Under the pieces are notes generated by a model, which saw nothing but the letters and a program-made list of their open reading frames with translations, was not told the origin of the DNA and ran no database searches. Of a stretch of DNA of 24,000 nt, positions 1 to 10,720 are shown piece after piece. The position numbers were made by a program, and so were the translations under genes. Source of the DNA: Solirubrobacteraceae bacterium (GTDB lineage: Bacteria; Actinomycetota; Thermoleophilia; Solirubrobacterales; Solirubrobacteraceae); contig JALNWQ010000020.1 in assembly GCA_023230855.1 (NCBI GenBank), positions 34,518-58,517 of the forward strand, given 5' to 3'. How positions within the stretch are numbered: the first letter of the stretch is position 1; each line of letters begins with the position of its first letter.

Positions 1-2128
1 GGTCGCGCATCCGCTCCGAGAACGTGCCGAAGTGCTGCTGGGCGAGGATCGTCGTCGGGGCGAGGATGAGCACCTGCTTGCCGTCGGCGGCGGCCTTCAC
101 CGCCGCGCGCAGGGCGACCTCGGTCTTGCCGAACCCGACGTCGCCGCAGATCAGGCGATCCATCGGACGGTCGGACTCCATGTCGGCCTTGACCGCCTCG
201 ATCGCGTCGAGCTGGTCGGCGGTCTCCTTGTACGGGAACTTCGCCTCGAACTCCTCCACGAGCTCGCCGTCGCCCGGGAACGCGTAGCCGCGCTTGGCGC
301 GCCGCTCGGCGTACAGGTTGATGAGCTCGCCCGCCATCTCGTGCGCGGCCTTGCGCGCGCGGGTCTTGATCGTCTCCCAGCCCTTGCCGCCGAGCTTGGA
401 CAGCTGGACGGTCGCCGCGCCACCGGTGACGTAGCGGGTGATCTTGGCGAGCTGGTCGACGGGGACGAAGACCTTGTCCTCGCCCGCGTAGTGCAGCTCC
501 AGGTAGTCGCGGGTGACCCCGGCGACGGTCTTCGTGTCGAACCCCTGGAACCGGGCGATGCCGTGGTCCTCGTGGACGACGAGGTCGCCGGTGCGCAGGT
601 CCGCGAACGACCGCAGCGCGCGCTTGCCCCCCGCCCGACGCCGCTGGTCGTCGGACTGGTCGTCGCGCCGACGTCGCAGCAGCCGGTGGTCGGGCAGCAC
701 CGCGAGCTGCAGGCCGGGGGCGATGAACCCGTGGCGCAGGTCGGCGACGACGAACCCGGCCCGCGACGGGTCGAACCCGGCGGCGTCGACGACCCGTCCC
801 CCGGTCGCCTGCGCACGGGCGCCGCTCTCCCCCACCCACTGCGCCCGGACGCGGCTGAGGTTGTAGGCGGCGCGGTCGCCGTCGCCCTGTCGCCGCCACG
901 TGACGACGGTGCGGTACCCGGACCGCAGGAGCTTCTCGAGCTCGGTCTCCGCGACGGTGAGGTTGCGGGCGGACAGGTCGCCGGACTGGGCGTGCAGCTG
1001 CAGCTCCTGGTCCTGCAGCAGCCCGTTGAGTCGCAGCTCGGCGCGCCGGTCGAGCTCGCCGAGGACGACCTCGGGCTCGACGTACAGGTGGCGGACGTCG
1101 TCGGCGTCGATCGCGGTGGTGACGTCCTGCCACTGGTCGCGCAGCGACGGCTCCAGCTCCTCGTCGCCGACGAGCACGACGCACGCGTCGTCGGGCACGA
1201 GGTCGAGGAACGCTCCGAACCGGTCGACCGGCAGCAGCTCGGCGACGTCGGGCCGCTCCGACGCGTCGTCCTTGGCGTCGAACGTGCCCAGCGCCGCGGC
1301 GATCTCGGCGTCCTCGCGGTGCTGCACCGCGAGCTCGGCGGCGGGGGCGATCTCGACGTCCTGCAGCTCGTCGAGCGACCGCTGGGTGAAGACCGAGAAC
1401 GCGCGGATCGACTCGATCTCGATGTCGAAGAGGTCGACGCGGACGGGGTGGTCCTCGGTGGCGGAGAACACGTCGAGGATCCCGCCACGGACCGCGAACT
1501 GCCCCCGGTCGGACACCTGGTCGACCCGCTGGTACCCGGCGGTGACGAGATCGGCGGCGCACTCGTCGAGGTCGAGCAGGTCCCCCACCCGCAGCGTGAA
1601 CCCGTGGGGTCGCAGCTCCGGGTCCGGCACCTTCTCCGACAGCGCCGCGGCCGACACGACGACGACCGGCGGCTCGGCCTCCTCGTCGGGGGTGCGGTGG
1701 GTGCGGTGGGCGGGGGCGGCGGGGCCGTCCGGGCGGTCGGCGACGGGGGTGGCGGCGTCGGTGGCGGGCGCGTCGGGGTCCTCGTAGCCGACGAGCGCGT
1801 CGAGGGCGGCGACCCGCAGGCCGACGAGGTGCGGCGGCGGCGCCAGGTGCGACTCGTACGCAACACCCCGCGACGGGTAGAACCGGACCGGCCGCGGCTC
1901 GAGCCACGCCTTCAGATCACGCGCGAGCTCGCGCGCCTGCTTGTCGTCCCCCGCGACGACGAGCGCCGGCCGGCCGAGCCCGATCGCCCCGTCGACCCCG
2001 TCGAGCGCCGCCGCGACCGCGTAGGGCCGCAACGACGTCGACACGAACGCCCTCCCCCCCTCCAGGGCGATCCGCGCCCCGGTGGGCTCGTCGGCGAGGT
2101 GGCGAAGGAGGGGACGTAGGGACGACAT
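1..2128 (-). CDS. mfd: Transcription-repair coupling factor Mfd, N-terminal ~709 codons (3' end of the gene lies beyond the window start)
   Basis: Not in the ORF track because it runs off the edge. The minus-strand frame ending at nt 2 reads DRLICGDVGFGKTEVALRAAVKAAADGKQVLILAPTTILAQQHFGTFSERMRD (Mfd helicase motifs I/Ia). Upstream it reads GDLVVHEDHGIARFQGF...RDYLELHYAGEDKVFVPVDQLAKITRYV (TRCF/CarD-like RNAP-interacting domain). ATG at 2128-2126 gives MSSLRPLLRHLADEP. The + ORF 32..2119 and the - ORF 151..1866 are shadow frames of this gene. Confidence 0.9.
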   Translation of the reverse strand, partial: MSSLRPLLRHLADEPTGARIALEGGRAFVSTSLRPYAVAAALDGVDGAIGLGRPALVVAGDDKQARELARDLKAWLEPRPVRFYPSRGVAYESHLAPPPHLVGLRVAALDALVGYEDPDAPATDAATPVADRPDGPAAPAHRTHRTPDEEAEPPVVVVSAAALSEKVPDPELRPHGFTLRVGDLLDLDECAADLVTAGYQRVDQVSDRGQFAVRGGILDVFSATEDHPVRVDLFDIEIESIRAFSVFTQRSLDELQDVEIAPAAELAVQHREDAEIAAALGTFDAKDDASERPDVAELLPVDRFGAFLDLVPDDACVVLVGDEELEPSLRDQWQDVTTAIDADDVRHLYVEPEVVLGELDRRAELRLNGLLQDQELQLHAQSGDLSARNLTVAETELEKLLRSGYRTVVTWRRQGDGDRAAYNLSRVRAQWVGESGARAQATGGRVVDAAGFDPSRAGFVVADLRHGFIAPGLQLAVLPDHRLLRRRRDDQSDDQRRRAGGKRALRSFADLRTGDLVVHEDHGIARFQGFDTKTVAGVTRDYLELHYAGEDKVFVPVDQLAKITRYVTGGAATVQLSKLGGKGWETIKTRARKAAHEMAGELINLYAERRAKRGYAFPGDGELVEEFEAKFPYKETADQLDAIEAVKADMESDRPMDRLICGDVGFGKTEVALRAAVKAAADGKQVLILAPTTILAQQHFGTFSERMRD

Positions 2129-2179
2129 CGGAAGTGGGCGGGGCCTCGGGTGGGGTGGCGCGGGTGGGGCGGAGCGGTC

Positions 2180-4253
<2,074 letters not shown>

Positions 4254-4268
4254 GTCCAGGCCGACCAC

Positions 4269-4293
4269 GCCCCGGCCCGCAGCCGGGCGGGGC
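4269..4293. terminator. GC-rich hairpin between convergent guaB and the MpaB-family gene (possible bidirectional terminator)
   Basis: GCCCCG-G-CCCG cagc CGGG-CGGGGC gives a 10-bp stem with one bulge and a tetraloop. It starts 16 nt after the guaB stop. No U-tract, as is common in high-GC actinobacteria. Confidence 0.35.
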
Positions 4294-4330
4294 CGGCCGA
4301 CGGCCGCGGGCGGGCGTCACGCGACGGCGT

Positions 4331-5254
4331 CTACCCGGTGACGCTCGGGGTGCGGATGCCCTTGCGTCGCCGACGGCGCTCCTCGGCGGCGACGCTGCGG
4401 AAGACCGTGGCGTTGTCGCCGCGGGCGAGGAAGTCCGGCGCCGCGACCCGTCCCGTGCGGATCGCGAGCGCGGCGGCGTGGAACGCGAGCGCCTGCGGCG
4501 GGGTCCACCGCAGGCCGTAGGCGGCGCGCACCTCGGGCGGCAGGCTCCCGAGGATCAGCAGGTTGTGGAGCTCCATCGCGGGCCGGCGCTCGGGGCGGGC
4601 CGGGATCGAGAACGCGGTGAACCGGCCGACGTGATGGGCCTCGGGCGTCAGGTGCACGTCGGGTGCGTGGAGCTCCGCCTCGTACCAGCGCCGGAACGCG
4701 GCCCGGTCGGTGGGCAGGGTCTCCTCCGGCGTGCCGAACAGCAGCGCGAACCGCCGCCAGTCCTGCCACAGCGCCTCGCGCTCGTCGTCGCCCAGCCGAC
4801 GGACGAGGAGATCGTGGAGCCGCTCGGACGAGTCCGCCATCACCGCGACGGTCCACAGCATGAGCTGGCCGTCGTACGCGTCGTACCGGGTGCCGGCGGG
4901 CGTCGCGCCCGCGTCCTCGTCGAGCGTGCCGTTCACCCGGTCGTGCATCCGGCGGACGTAGCCGAGCACGTGGTCGGCGTCCTCGCGGCTGCCGAAGTAG
5001 ATCCGCTCGAACGCCAGCCCGGTGCGGACCAGGCGCTTGAACGGCTCCTGCTTGCCCCGGGTGTGGTTGGACGTGCCGACGTAGTTCAGCGGCTTGATCG
5101 CCCCGATGCACAGCGCCCGCTGCCCGTAGAGCAGGCCGACCGCCCGCTCCGACATGACCTGCCGCAGCACCGATCGGCCCTCCGGGAAGTACCCGTCCGT
5201 CGCCGACCGTGGCCGGGGGACGCGGGGAGGATCGACGGTGTCCGCGACGGGCAT
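4331..5254 (-). CDS. Oxygenase MpaB-family / DUF2236-like protein
   Basis: 307-aa ORF with normal composition and high GC3. Segments SVLRQVMSERAVGLLYGQRALCIGAIKPLNYVG, RTGLAFERIYFGSREDADHVLGYVRRMHDRVNG and YDGQLMLWTVAVM resemble the MpaB/DUF2236 family from memory. Not verified by search. Confidence 0.65.
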   Translation of the reverse strand: MPVADTVDPPRVPRPRSATDGYFPEGRSVLRQVMSERAVGLLYGQRALCIGAIKPLNYVGTSNHTRGKQEPFKRLVRTGLAFERIYFGSREDADHVLGYVRRMHDRVNGTLDEDAGATPAGTRYDAYDGQLMLWTVAVMADSSERLHDLLVRRLGDDEREALWQDWRRFALLFGTPEETLPTDRAAFRRWYEAELHAPDVHLTPEAHHVGRFTAFSIPARPERRPAMELHNLLILGSLPPEVRAAYGLRWTPPQALAFHAAALAIRTGRVAAPDFLARGDNATVFRSVAAEERRRRRKGIRTPSVTG

Positions 5255-5294
5255 GGCCGCAGGCTAGCGCATCTAGAACACTGCGTTTCCCAAT

Positions 5295-5744
5295 TTGGAC
5301 GGGGGGTGGAGGAGGCGCGCCGGACTACAGCGCGGGACGCTGAAACACGATCGGCTCTCGGCGGCCGAGATCGCCGCACTGGAGGCGATGGCCGATCTCC
5401 TCGACGACGCGATCGCCTCGGCGACGACCCTGCGTCGGACGACCGTCTACCGCGGCATCCGTAGCTTGCGGCGCACCTTCGGGGTCGACCGCGCGGAGGA
5501 CCTTCCCGACCTGCCATCCGTCCTCGCCGGCTACACCGAAGATCTCGTGCTCGCCAAGCCTGGCGAGCCCCCGCGCACCGCCGGCGCGCTGCTGAACCGC
5601 CTCGGCGTGCTCAGTGCGCCGCCCGCAAAGCAGCGCCCGGCCGTCGCCCGGTGGATGGCCGAGAACCCCGCGCCGAGCGACGGCGTGCTGCGCGGCCTGC
5701 GCCGCAAGGGCCTCATCGACGCGTCCACGCACCGCGCCGCCTGA
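5295..5744 (+). CDS. Hypothetical protein (start uncertain: TTG 5295 or ATG 5388)
   Basis: 149-codon ORF with GC3-rich codons, divergent from the MpaB-family gene. No recognisable family. Confidence 0.4.
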   Translation: MDGGWRRRAGLQRGTLKHDRLSAAEIAALEAMADLLDDAIASATTLRRTTVYRGIRSLRRTFGVDRAEDLPDLPSVLAGYTEDLVLAKPGEPPRTAGALLNRLGVLSAPPAKQRPAVARWMAENPAPSDGVLRGLRRKGLIDASTHRAA

Positions 5745-5909
5745 CGTTCCCCACTGGCTGACGCTCTCCCGCAAGCTCTCCCTGTCCGGGGCGCCGCTAA
5801 CGAGGGCGACGCCGAGCCCGCCGGACACCGGCGCTGCCCCGCCGCCGGACGGCCCGCATCCCCGGCACGGCGGCGGACCGGGCCACGTCGGCGGAGCGCA
5901 ACCCGCACG

Positions 5910-6557
5910 TCAGCGGCGTCGCGCGGCGCGGGCGGCGGCGACGCGGCCGGTGCCGACGAAGAGCGCCGTCAGGTCGTCGACGAGGTCGTCCTCGTCGCCG
6001 GGCAGCTCGCCGCGCAACCGACTGGCGACGGTCTCGGTCAGGCCGCCGGCGAGCAGCGTCGCCGTGACCTGCAGCAGCGGCTCGGCGGACGGTGGCGCGT
6101 CGAACGCCTCGCGCCCGTACCCGGCGATGAGCGCCACGACGTCGCGCATGCGGGCGACCCGGCGGTCGGCGAGCGGCCCGGCGCCGTGCGACTCGACGAT
6201 GAGCACCCGGGCGCGGCGCGGGTCGTCGGTGAGGGCCCGGAGGGCGGTGGACACGGCGGCGCGCACGCGGGGCTCGAGGCCGTCGGGCGCCGCGGCGATC
6301 GCGGTGACGACGGTGGCGGCCAACCCGTCGAAGCTCTCGTCGAACACCGCGGCGGCGAGCGCGTCGAGGTCGTCGAACGCCTCGTAGAAGTAGCGCGGGG
6401 CGACGCCCGCCCGGCCGCAGACCGCGCGGACCGTGGCCGCGGTCCAGCCCTCGTCCCCCAGCACCTCGAGCCCGGCGTCGAGCAGGCGACGTCGACGCTC
6501 GGCGACCCGCTCGGCCGCCGACGCCCCCGCATAGCGCCGTCGGGCGGTCCCGGTCAC
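5910..6557 (-). CDS. TetR/AcrR family transcriptional regulator
   Basis: N-terminal HTH region ERRRRLLDAGLEVLGDEGWTAATVRAVCGRAGVAPRYFYEAFDDLDAL is a typical TetR_N signature. GTG start at 6557, about 215 aa. Confidence 0.85.
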   Translation of the reverse strand: MTGTARRRYAGASAAERVAERRRRLLDAGLEVLGDEGWTAATVRAVCGRAGVAPRYFYEAFDDLDALAAAVFDESFDGLAATVVTAIAAAPDGLEPRVRAAVSTALRALTDDPRRARVLIVESHGAGPLADRRVARMRDVVALIAGYGREAFDAPPSAEPLLQVTATLLAGGLTETVASRLRGELPGDEDDLVDDLTALFVGTGRVAAARAARRR

Positions 6558-6632
6558 GCGACGAGTGTCCCACGCGCCGCACGCGCGCGGGTCGGGACGA
6601 GGCCGTCGCCGTCACGCGGTACCGTCCGGTCC

Positions 6633-7031
6633 GTGTCCACGCCGCTGTTCCGCCTCGTCTGCGTCCCCGCCGCCCTCAACGGGGCCCCGGCGGGCTGGGC
6701 CGGCGACATGCTGCGCCAGGGCGAGGTCGCCGTGCTGGTCGACGAGGGCGGCGTCGACGCGATCGATGCGGTCGCCCGGGCGCTGGACGTCACCGCGGTG
6801 TCGGTCGTGCGGTCCGAGCCCACCCCGGCGGAGCAGGAGGGGACCGTCATGGCGCACGCCGACACGCTCGCCCTGGTGTGGATCGCGCCGACGTTCAGCG
6901 ACGCCGCCCGTCAGTGGGCCGAGAAGCGGGCCCCGATGACGCTGCTCGTCGAGGTCGACGGCCCGCTCCCCGAGGACGAGCGTCGCCGCATCGAGCGGTT
7001 CGTCTCGATCCTCAGCGGCCAGGCGGCGTAG
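6633..7031 (+). CDS. Hypothetical protein (132 aa), divergent from the TetR gene
   Basis: The track ORF 6186..7031 overlaps the TetR gene antisense in its first half. A plausible start is GTG 6633 (VSTPLFRLVCVPAALNG...), after the TetR start. No family recognised. Confidence 0.45.
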   Translation: MSTPLFRLVCVPAALNGAPAGWAGDMLRQGEVAVLVDEGGVDAIDAVARALDVTAVSVVRSEPTPAEQEGTVMAHADTLALVWIAPTFSDAARQWAEKRAPMTLLVEVDGPLPEDERRRIERFVSILSGQAA

Positions 7032-7080
7032 TCGGCCGCTCCCGGGCGACGCCGCCCGACCGCCCCGGCGTCGGCGTCCG

Positions 7081-7318
7081 TCCCGGGGTGGTGGAGGGAG
7101 TTGGGGACGTGGGCGGTCCTGTTCTCGCTCCACCCCTCACGGTCGTCGCGGTCGGGGGCCGGGGCGAGGTTCCCGGGTGGTGGAGGGAGTTGAGGACGTG
7201 GGCGGTCCTGTTCTCGCTCCACCCCTCACGGTCGGGGGCGGTCAGGGGCGAGGTTCCCGGGTGGTGGAGGGAGTTGAGGACGTAGGCGGTCCTGTTCTCG
7301 CTCCACCCCTCGCTCATC
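7081..7318. repeat. Tandem array (3 copies, period ~84-90 bp) of a 54-nt imperfect-hairpin element, family 1
   Basis: Copies start at 7081, 7171 and 7255, each reading tcccgggtGGTGGAGgGAGttgAGGACgtgggcgGTCCTgttCTCgCTCCACCcctcac. The predicted hairpin is GGTGGAG/CTCCACC + GAG/CTC + AGGAC/GTCCT with a 7-nt loop. It lies between convergent genes (6633..7031 + and 7412..8500 -). Confidence 0.85.
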
Positions 7319-7411
7319 CGGCCGCACCCCGCGCGGCCAGTCCTACGCCAACCCGTCGGCCGGGCCAGCCCCGCCCCGTCGGCCGGGCCACCCCCGCCCC
7401 ACCCGTCGCGA

Positions 7412-8500
7412 CTACGCCACGGCCAACGCCCGTCGCAGGAACGCGATCTGGTGCTCGACGATGGCGTCGAACCACGGTTGGCCGGGGTAGACGTCGAAGT
7501 GGTCGCACGGGTAGTGGTGGACCTGGGCGCGGCCGCGGACGCCGGCGGCGGTCTGGGCGGCCGGTGGGGCGACGGTGTCCTCGTCGGCGACCTGGACGAG
7601 GAGCGCGCCGTCGATCGCTGCGGCCTTGCGGATCGGACGGTACGCGCCGATCCGCAGGAAGATCCGGCCGGCGACGACGTTGCGCCACGACGGACCGGCC
7701 AGCGCGGTGTAGCGCTCCAGGGCGCCCGGGGCGGTGATCGCCGCGACCTCGCCCGGCCGCGCGACGAGCGGCGCGGTGACGGGATCGCGGCCCCGGATCG
7801 CGGCCAGCAGGTCACGGATCCCGAGCGCGGTGAGGCGCAGCGCCGCGCCCACGCCGTCCTCCGCCAGCAGCTTGCGCATGACCGCCATGCCGTCGCCGGC
7901 CGGGGTGAGCGAGACGACCGCCGCGACCCGCGGGTCCTCGGCCGCCACCCGCAGCACGTGGCCACCGGCGAACGAGCAACCCCAGACGACGATCCGGTCC
8001 GGGTCGACGCCGGGGATCGTGCGGGCGTGGGCGATCGCGGACCGGTAGTCCTCGCGTTGGCGGGCCGGGTCGACGTCCTGGCGGGGTCCCCCACCGCTGT
8101 CGGCGAACCCGCGGTAGTCGAACGCCAGGACGTCGAGGCCCTCGGCGGCGAGCCGCTCGGCGAACCCGTCCAGTCCGCCGTCGCGGGTGGCCCCGAGCCC
8201 GTGCGCCATGACGACGCACGGTCGACCCCGCGGACCCGCGAACGACCCGGTGGCGGAGGCGTCCCCGGACGCGCCGGTCACCACGTCCGCCCCTGCCCCG
8301 GTCCCGGTCGCCGCGTCCGACCCTGCCCCGGTCCCGGTCACCACGTCCGCCCCTGCCCCGGTCCCGGTCGCCGCGTCCGACCCTGCCCCGCTCCCGGTCG
8401 CCACGTCCGTCCCCTGCCCGGACCAGTGCCGGGCGTCGCAGGCGTCGGCGCCGCTGGGGATGCGGACGACGGTCGGCTCGGTGGTGGTGGTCGTGGTCAT
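7412..8500 (-). CDS. Alpha/beta hydrolase fold protein with a G/T/A/D-rich repeat insertion near the N-terminus
   Basis: Start ATG 8500 (MTTTTTTEPTVVRIP) overlaps the upstream TetR stop as ATGA. The core reads CVVMAHGLGATRDGGLDGFAERLAAEGLDVLAFDYRGFADSGG. The nucleophile elbow is VVWGCSFAGGH, with a later acidic residue in VADEDTV and His in YPCDHFD. The track ORF start at 8806 is upstream read-through in the same frame. Confidence 0.8.
   Translation of the reverse strand: MTTTTTTEPTVVRIPSGADACDARHWSGQGTDVATGSGAGSDAATGTGAGADVVTGTGAGSDAATGTGAGADVVTGASGDASATGSFAGPRGRPCVVMAHGLGATRDGGLDGFAERLAAEGLDVLAFDYRGFADSGGGPRQDVDPARQREDYRSAIAHARTIPGVDPDRIVVWGCSFAGGHVLRVAAEDPRVAAVVSLTPAGDGMAVMRKLLAEDGVGAALRLTALGIRDLLAAIRGRDPVTAPLVARPGEVAAITAPGALERYTALAGPSWRNVVAGRIFLRIGAYRPIRKAAAIDGALLVQVADEDTVAPPAAQTAAGVRGRAQVHHYPCDHFDVYPGQPWFDAIVEHQIAFLRRALAVA
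8272..8420. repeat. In-frame 30-bp/60-bp tandem repeat inside the hydrolase gene
   Basis: 8281-8340 and 8341-8400 are identical at 58/60 positions, and each 60-mer is two diverged 30-mers. Partial copies flank both ends. Encodes GTDVATGSGAGSDAATGTGAGADVVTGTGAGSDAATGTGAGADVVTGASGDASATGS. Confidence 0.9.
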
Positions 8501-9105
8501 GCGGGCGCTCCGTAGATCGCGAGGAACCAGGTGTGGGAGAGGACGGCGACGGTGTCCTCGGCGGTGGCGTCGCGGTCGTCCGCGTCGCGCAGGCGCTCCA
8601 GGGCGCGCTCGTTCATCCCCAGCAGGGTGCGGGTGAGCAGGCGGGCGTCCGGTCCGGCGGGGGCGCGGCCCGACGCGCGCTCGGCGTCGATCGTCTCGGC
8701 GACCGGGGTGACGAACCGCTCGACCCACCCGTCCCACAGACGGCGGGTCTCGGGGTTGGCGCGCGCGTCGAGGACGGCGTTGACGAGGTGCTCGTGCTCG
8801 CGCCACACCGCGACGAACCGGCCCATCGCGCGGGGCACCGTCGCGGCCGGGTCGCCGACGCGGTCGAAGAACGGGGCGACCTCGTCGGTGATCGTCGCGA
8901 ACACGTCCTGCAGCAGCTCCGCGACCGCCGCTTCCTTGCTGGCGAAGTAGAAGTAGAACGCGGACCGGCCGACCCCGGCGGCATCGGTGATCTCGCCGAC
9001 GCCCAGCTCGGCGATCGACCGGTCGCGCAGCAGTCGCTCGATCGCGTCGAGGAGCGCCCGGCGCCGCTCCTCGCCGCGTGGGGAGGACCTCCTGCTGCGC
9101 ACCAC
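8497..9105 (-). CDS. TetR/AcrR family transcriptional regulator
   Basis: HTH region RRRALLDAIERLLRDRSIAELGVGEITDAAGVGRSAFYFYFASKEAAV. Likely start is GTG 9105 (or 9102), just after the FMO stop at 9113. The track start at 9219 would overlap the FMO gene. Confidence 0.8.
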   Translation of the reverse strand: MVRSRRSSPRGEERRRALLDAIERLLRDRSIAELGVGEITDAAGVGRSAFYFYFASKEAAVAELLQDVFATITDEVAPFFDRVGDPAATVPRAMGRFVAVWREHEHLVNAVLDARANPETRRLWDGWVERFVTPVAETIDAERASGRAPAGPDARLLTRTLLGMNERALERLRDADDRDATAEDTVAVLSHTWFLAIYGAPA

Positions 9106-9112
9106 CGTCGCG

Positions 9113-10585
9113 TCAGCGGACACCGGCGTCGGCCTCCGTCCGGGCCGGCATCGCGCGATCGGCCGTCGCACCGCCACCGGCAGGCGACCCCCCATCGCCG
9201 CCGACGGGCGTCGTCGCACCGTCCGCCTCCACCCGTCCGGCCCGTCCCGCCAGGCGCACCGGTCCGTGCTCGTCCACGCGGCGGCGGCCGGCGGGGATCT
9301 CGCGGCGGTGGATGTCGCGCTCGTAGCTGAAGAACTCCACCTGCTGGGTGTGGCGGGCGCTCTGGCGGTAGTGGCCGACGTGGGTCGCCTCGTCGGCGGC
9401 GATGACGCGCTCCATCTCGGCGTCGGACGGCGGGCGGTACGTGCCGGCGACGTACCGCGCCATGAGCTTGGACTGCGTCTCGATGAACGGGAAGAGCGTC
9501 GGCAGCGCCTGCGCGAACCCGACGAGCACCAGGTCGTCGATCCCCGGCCGGAACATCCGCTTGTACAGCGGCAGCCGGTTGTCGGGCGCGCTGAGGAACT
9601 CCCGGTCGAAGAACGGGAACGTGATGTTGTAGCCCGTGGCGTAGATGACGACGTCGAACGCGTCGACGGTCCCGTCGACGAACCGCACCCGGTCCCCCTC
9701 CAGCCGCTCGACGTCGGGCCGCGCGACGACGTCGCCCGATCCGAGCCGCACGAGCAGCTCGCTCGACATCGTGGGGTGCGCCTCGAGGAACTCGTGGTTG
9801 GGCCGCGGCAGCCCGAACGACTCGGGGTGGCCGGACACGAGGATCGGCATCTTGCGGATGAGTCGTCGCTGCCAGCTCAACGGGATGCCCGGCAGCGTGC
9901 GGGCGAGCCGGTCGCCCGGCATGCCGAAGACGTACTTCGGCACGATCCACGCCCCGGAGCGGGTCGACAGCGTCACCTGGTTGCGCCACGACTTCTGCGA
10001 CAGCTCGCTGACGATGTCGGCGGCGCTGTTGCCGATCCCGACGACGAGGAGCCGCCGGCCGCGCAGGTCGAGCGGCTCGGTCGGGTCGACGTAGTGGTGC
10101 GAGTGGATCGTCTCGCCGTCGAACGTCCCCGGGAAGTCGGGGTAGCGCGGGTCCCAGTGGTGGCCGTTGCCGACGACGAGCACGTCGAACCGTCGGGTCT
10201 CGCCGTCCTGGGTGCGGACCTCCCAGCCGCCGCCGTCCAGGCGCCGGGCGTGCTCGACGCCGTTGCGGAACCGGATCCGCTCGTTCAGGCCGAACGTGTC
10301 GGCGTACTGCTCGAGGTACGCGTGGATCTCGGAGTGGTGCGGAAAGTCCGGCAGGTGCGCGGGGATCGGCAGGTCGCGAAAGCTCAGCAGGTCCTTGGAC
10401 GTGTCGATGTGCAGCGACCGGTAGGCGCTCGACATGCCGTTGGGGTTGCGGAACGCCCAGTTGCCGCCGACCCGGTCGGAGATCTCGAACGTCTCGTAGG
10501 GGATCCCGTAGTCCCCCAGGCTCTTGCTGGCGGTCAGGCCGGAGATCCCCGCCCCGATCACGCACACCGTCGGTCGATCCACCAT
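9113..10585 (-). CDS. Class B flavin-containing monooxygenase (FMO-like, NAD(P)H/FAD dependent)
   Basis: Start ATG 10585 is preceded by GGGGGAGAGGG (SD). FAD site VCVIGAGISGL, FMO-identifying motif FDGETIHSHHY (FxGxxxHxxxY), NADPH site LVVGIGNSAADI, and ATGY near the C-terminus. The track ORF start at 10912 reads through the upstream repeat array. Confidence 0.85.
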   Translation of the reverse strand: MVDRPTVCVIGAGISGLTASKSLGDYGIPYETFEISDRVGGNWAFRNPNGMSSAYRSLHIDTSKDLLSFRDLPIPAHLPDFPHHSEIHAYLEQYADTFGLNERIRFRNGVEHARRLDGGGWEVRTQDGETRRFDVLVVGNGHHWDPRYPDFPGTFDGETIHSHHYVDPTEPLDLRGRRLLVVGIGNSAADIVSELSQKSWRNQVTLSTRSGAWIVPKYVFGMPGDRLARTLPGIPLSWQRRLIRKMPILVSGHPESFGLPRPNHEFLEAHPTMSSELLVRLGSGDVVARPDVERLEGDRVRFVDGTVDAFDVVIYATGYNITFPFFDREFLSAPDNRLPLYKRMFRPGIDDLVLVGFAQALPTLFPFIETQSKLMARYVAGTYRPPSDAEMERVIAADEATHVGHYRQSARHTQQVEFFSYERDIHRREIPAGRRRVDEHGPVRLAGRAGRVEADGATTPVGGDGGSPAGGGATADRAMPARTEADAGVR

Positions 10586-10720
10586 CGATCCCTCTCCCCC
10601 GTCGTCGTGAGACGACACGAACGTACAGACCGTCCTGACGGGCGTCAAATGCGGATGGCGCGTCCGGTGGGAACCGGTCCGCCGGCGCGTCGGGGGCAGG
10701 GTCGCCGCGCCAGGGGCGGG

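Noticed and set aside
32-2119. 695-aa + strand ORF (and the 571-aa - strand ORF 151..1866) covering the left 2 kb
   Set aside because: The composition is extreme (R/G/D/L/V-rich or S/T/P/R-rich) with no motifs. A different minus-strand frame gives an unmistakable Mfd sequence, so these are shadow ORFs of a high-GC gene.
5295-5744. Possible ADP-ribosyltransferase remnant (AEIAALEAMADLLDDAIASATTLRRTTVYRGIRSL resembles the region around the aromatic-Arg (YRG) motif of exotoxin-type ARTs)
   Set aside because: No downstream STS or ExE motifs are present and the protein is too short. The resemblance rests on one tripeptide and helix-like context, so it is kept as a hypothetical protein only.
7081-7318. 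CRISPR array interpretation of the two tandem repeat loci (7081-7318 and 10721-10920)
   Set aside because: There are only three copies each. The repeats are 54 nt (too long) with 19-35-nt spacers that are partly conserved at locus 1, and no cas genes are nearby. A REP/MIRU-like structured repeat fits better.
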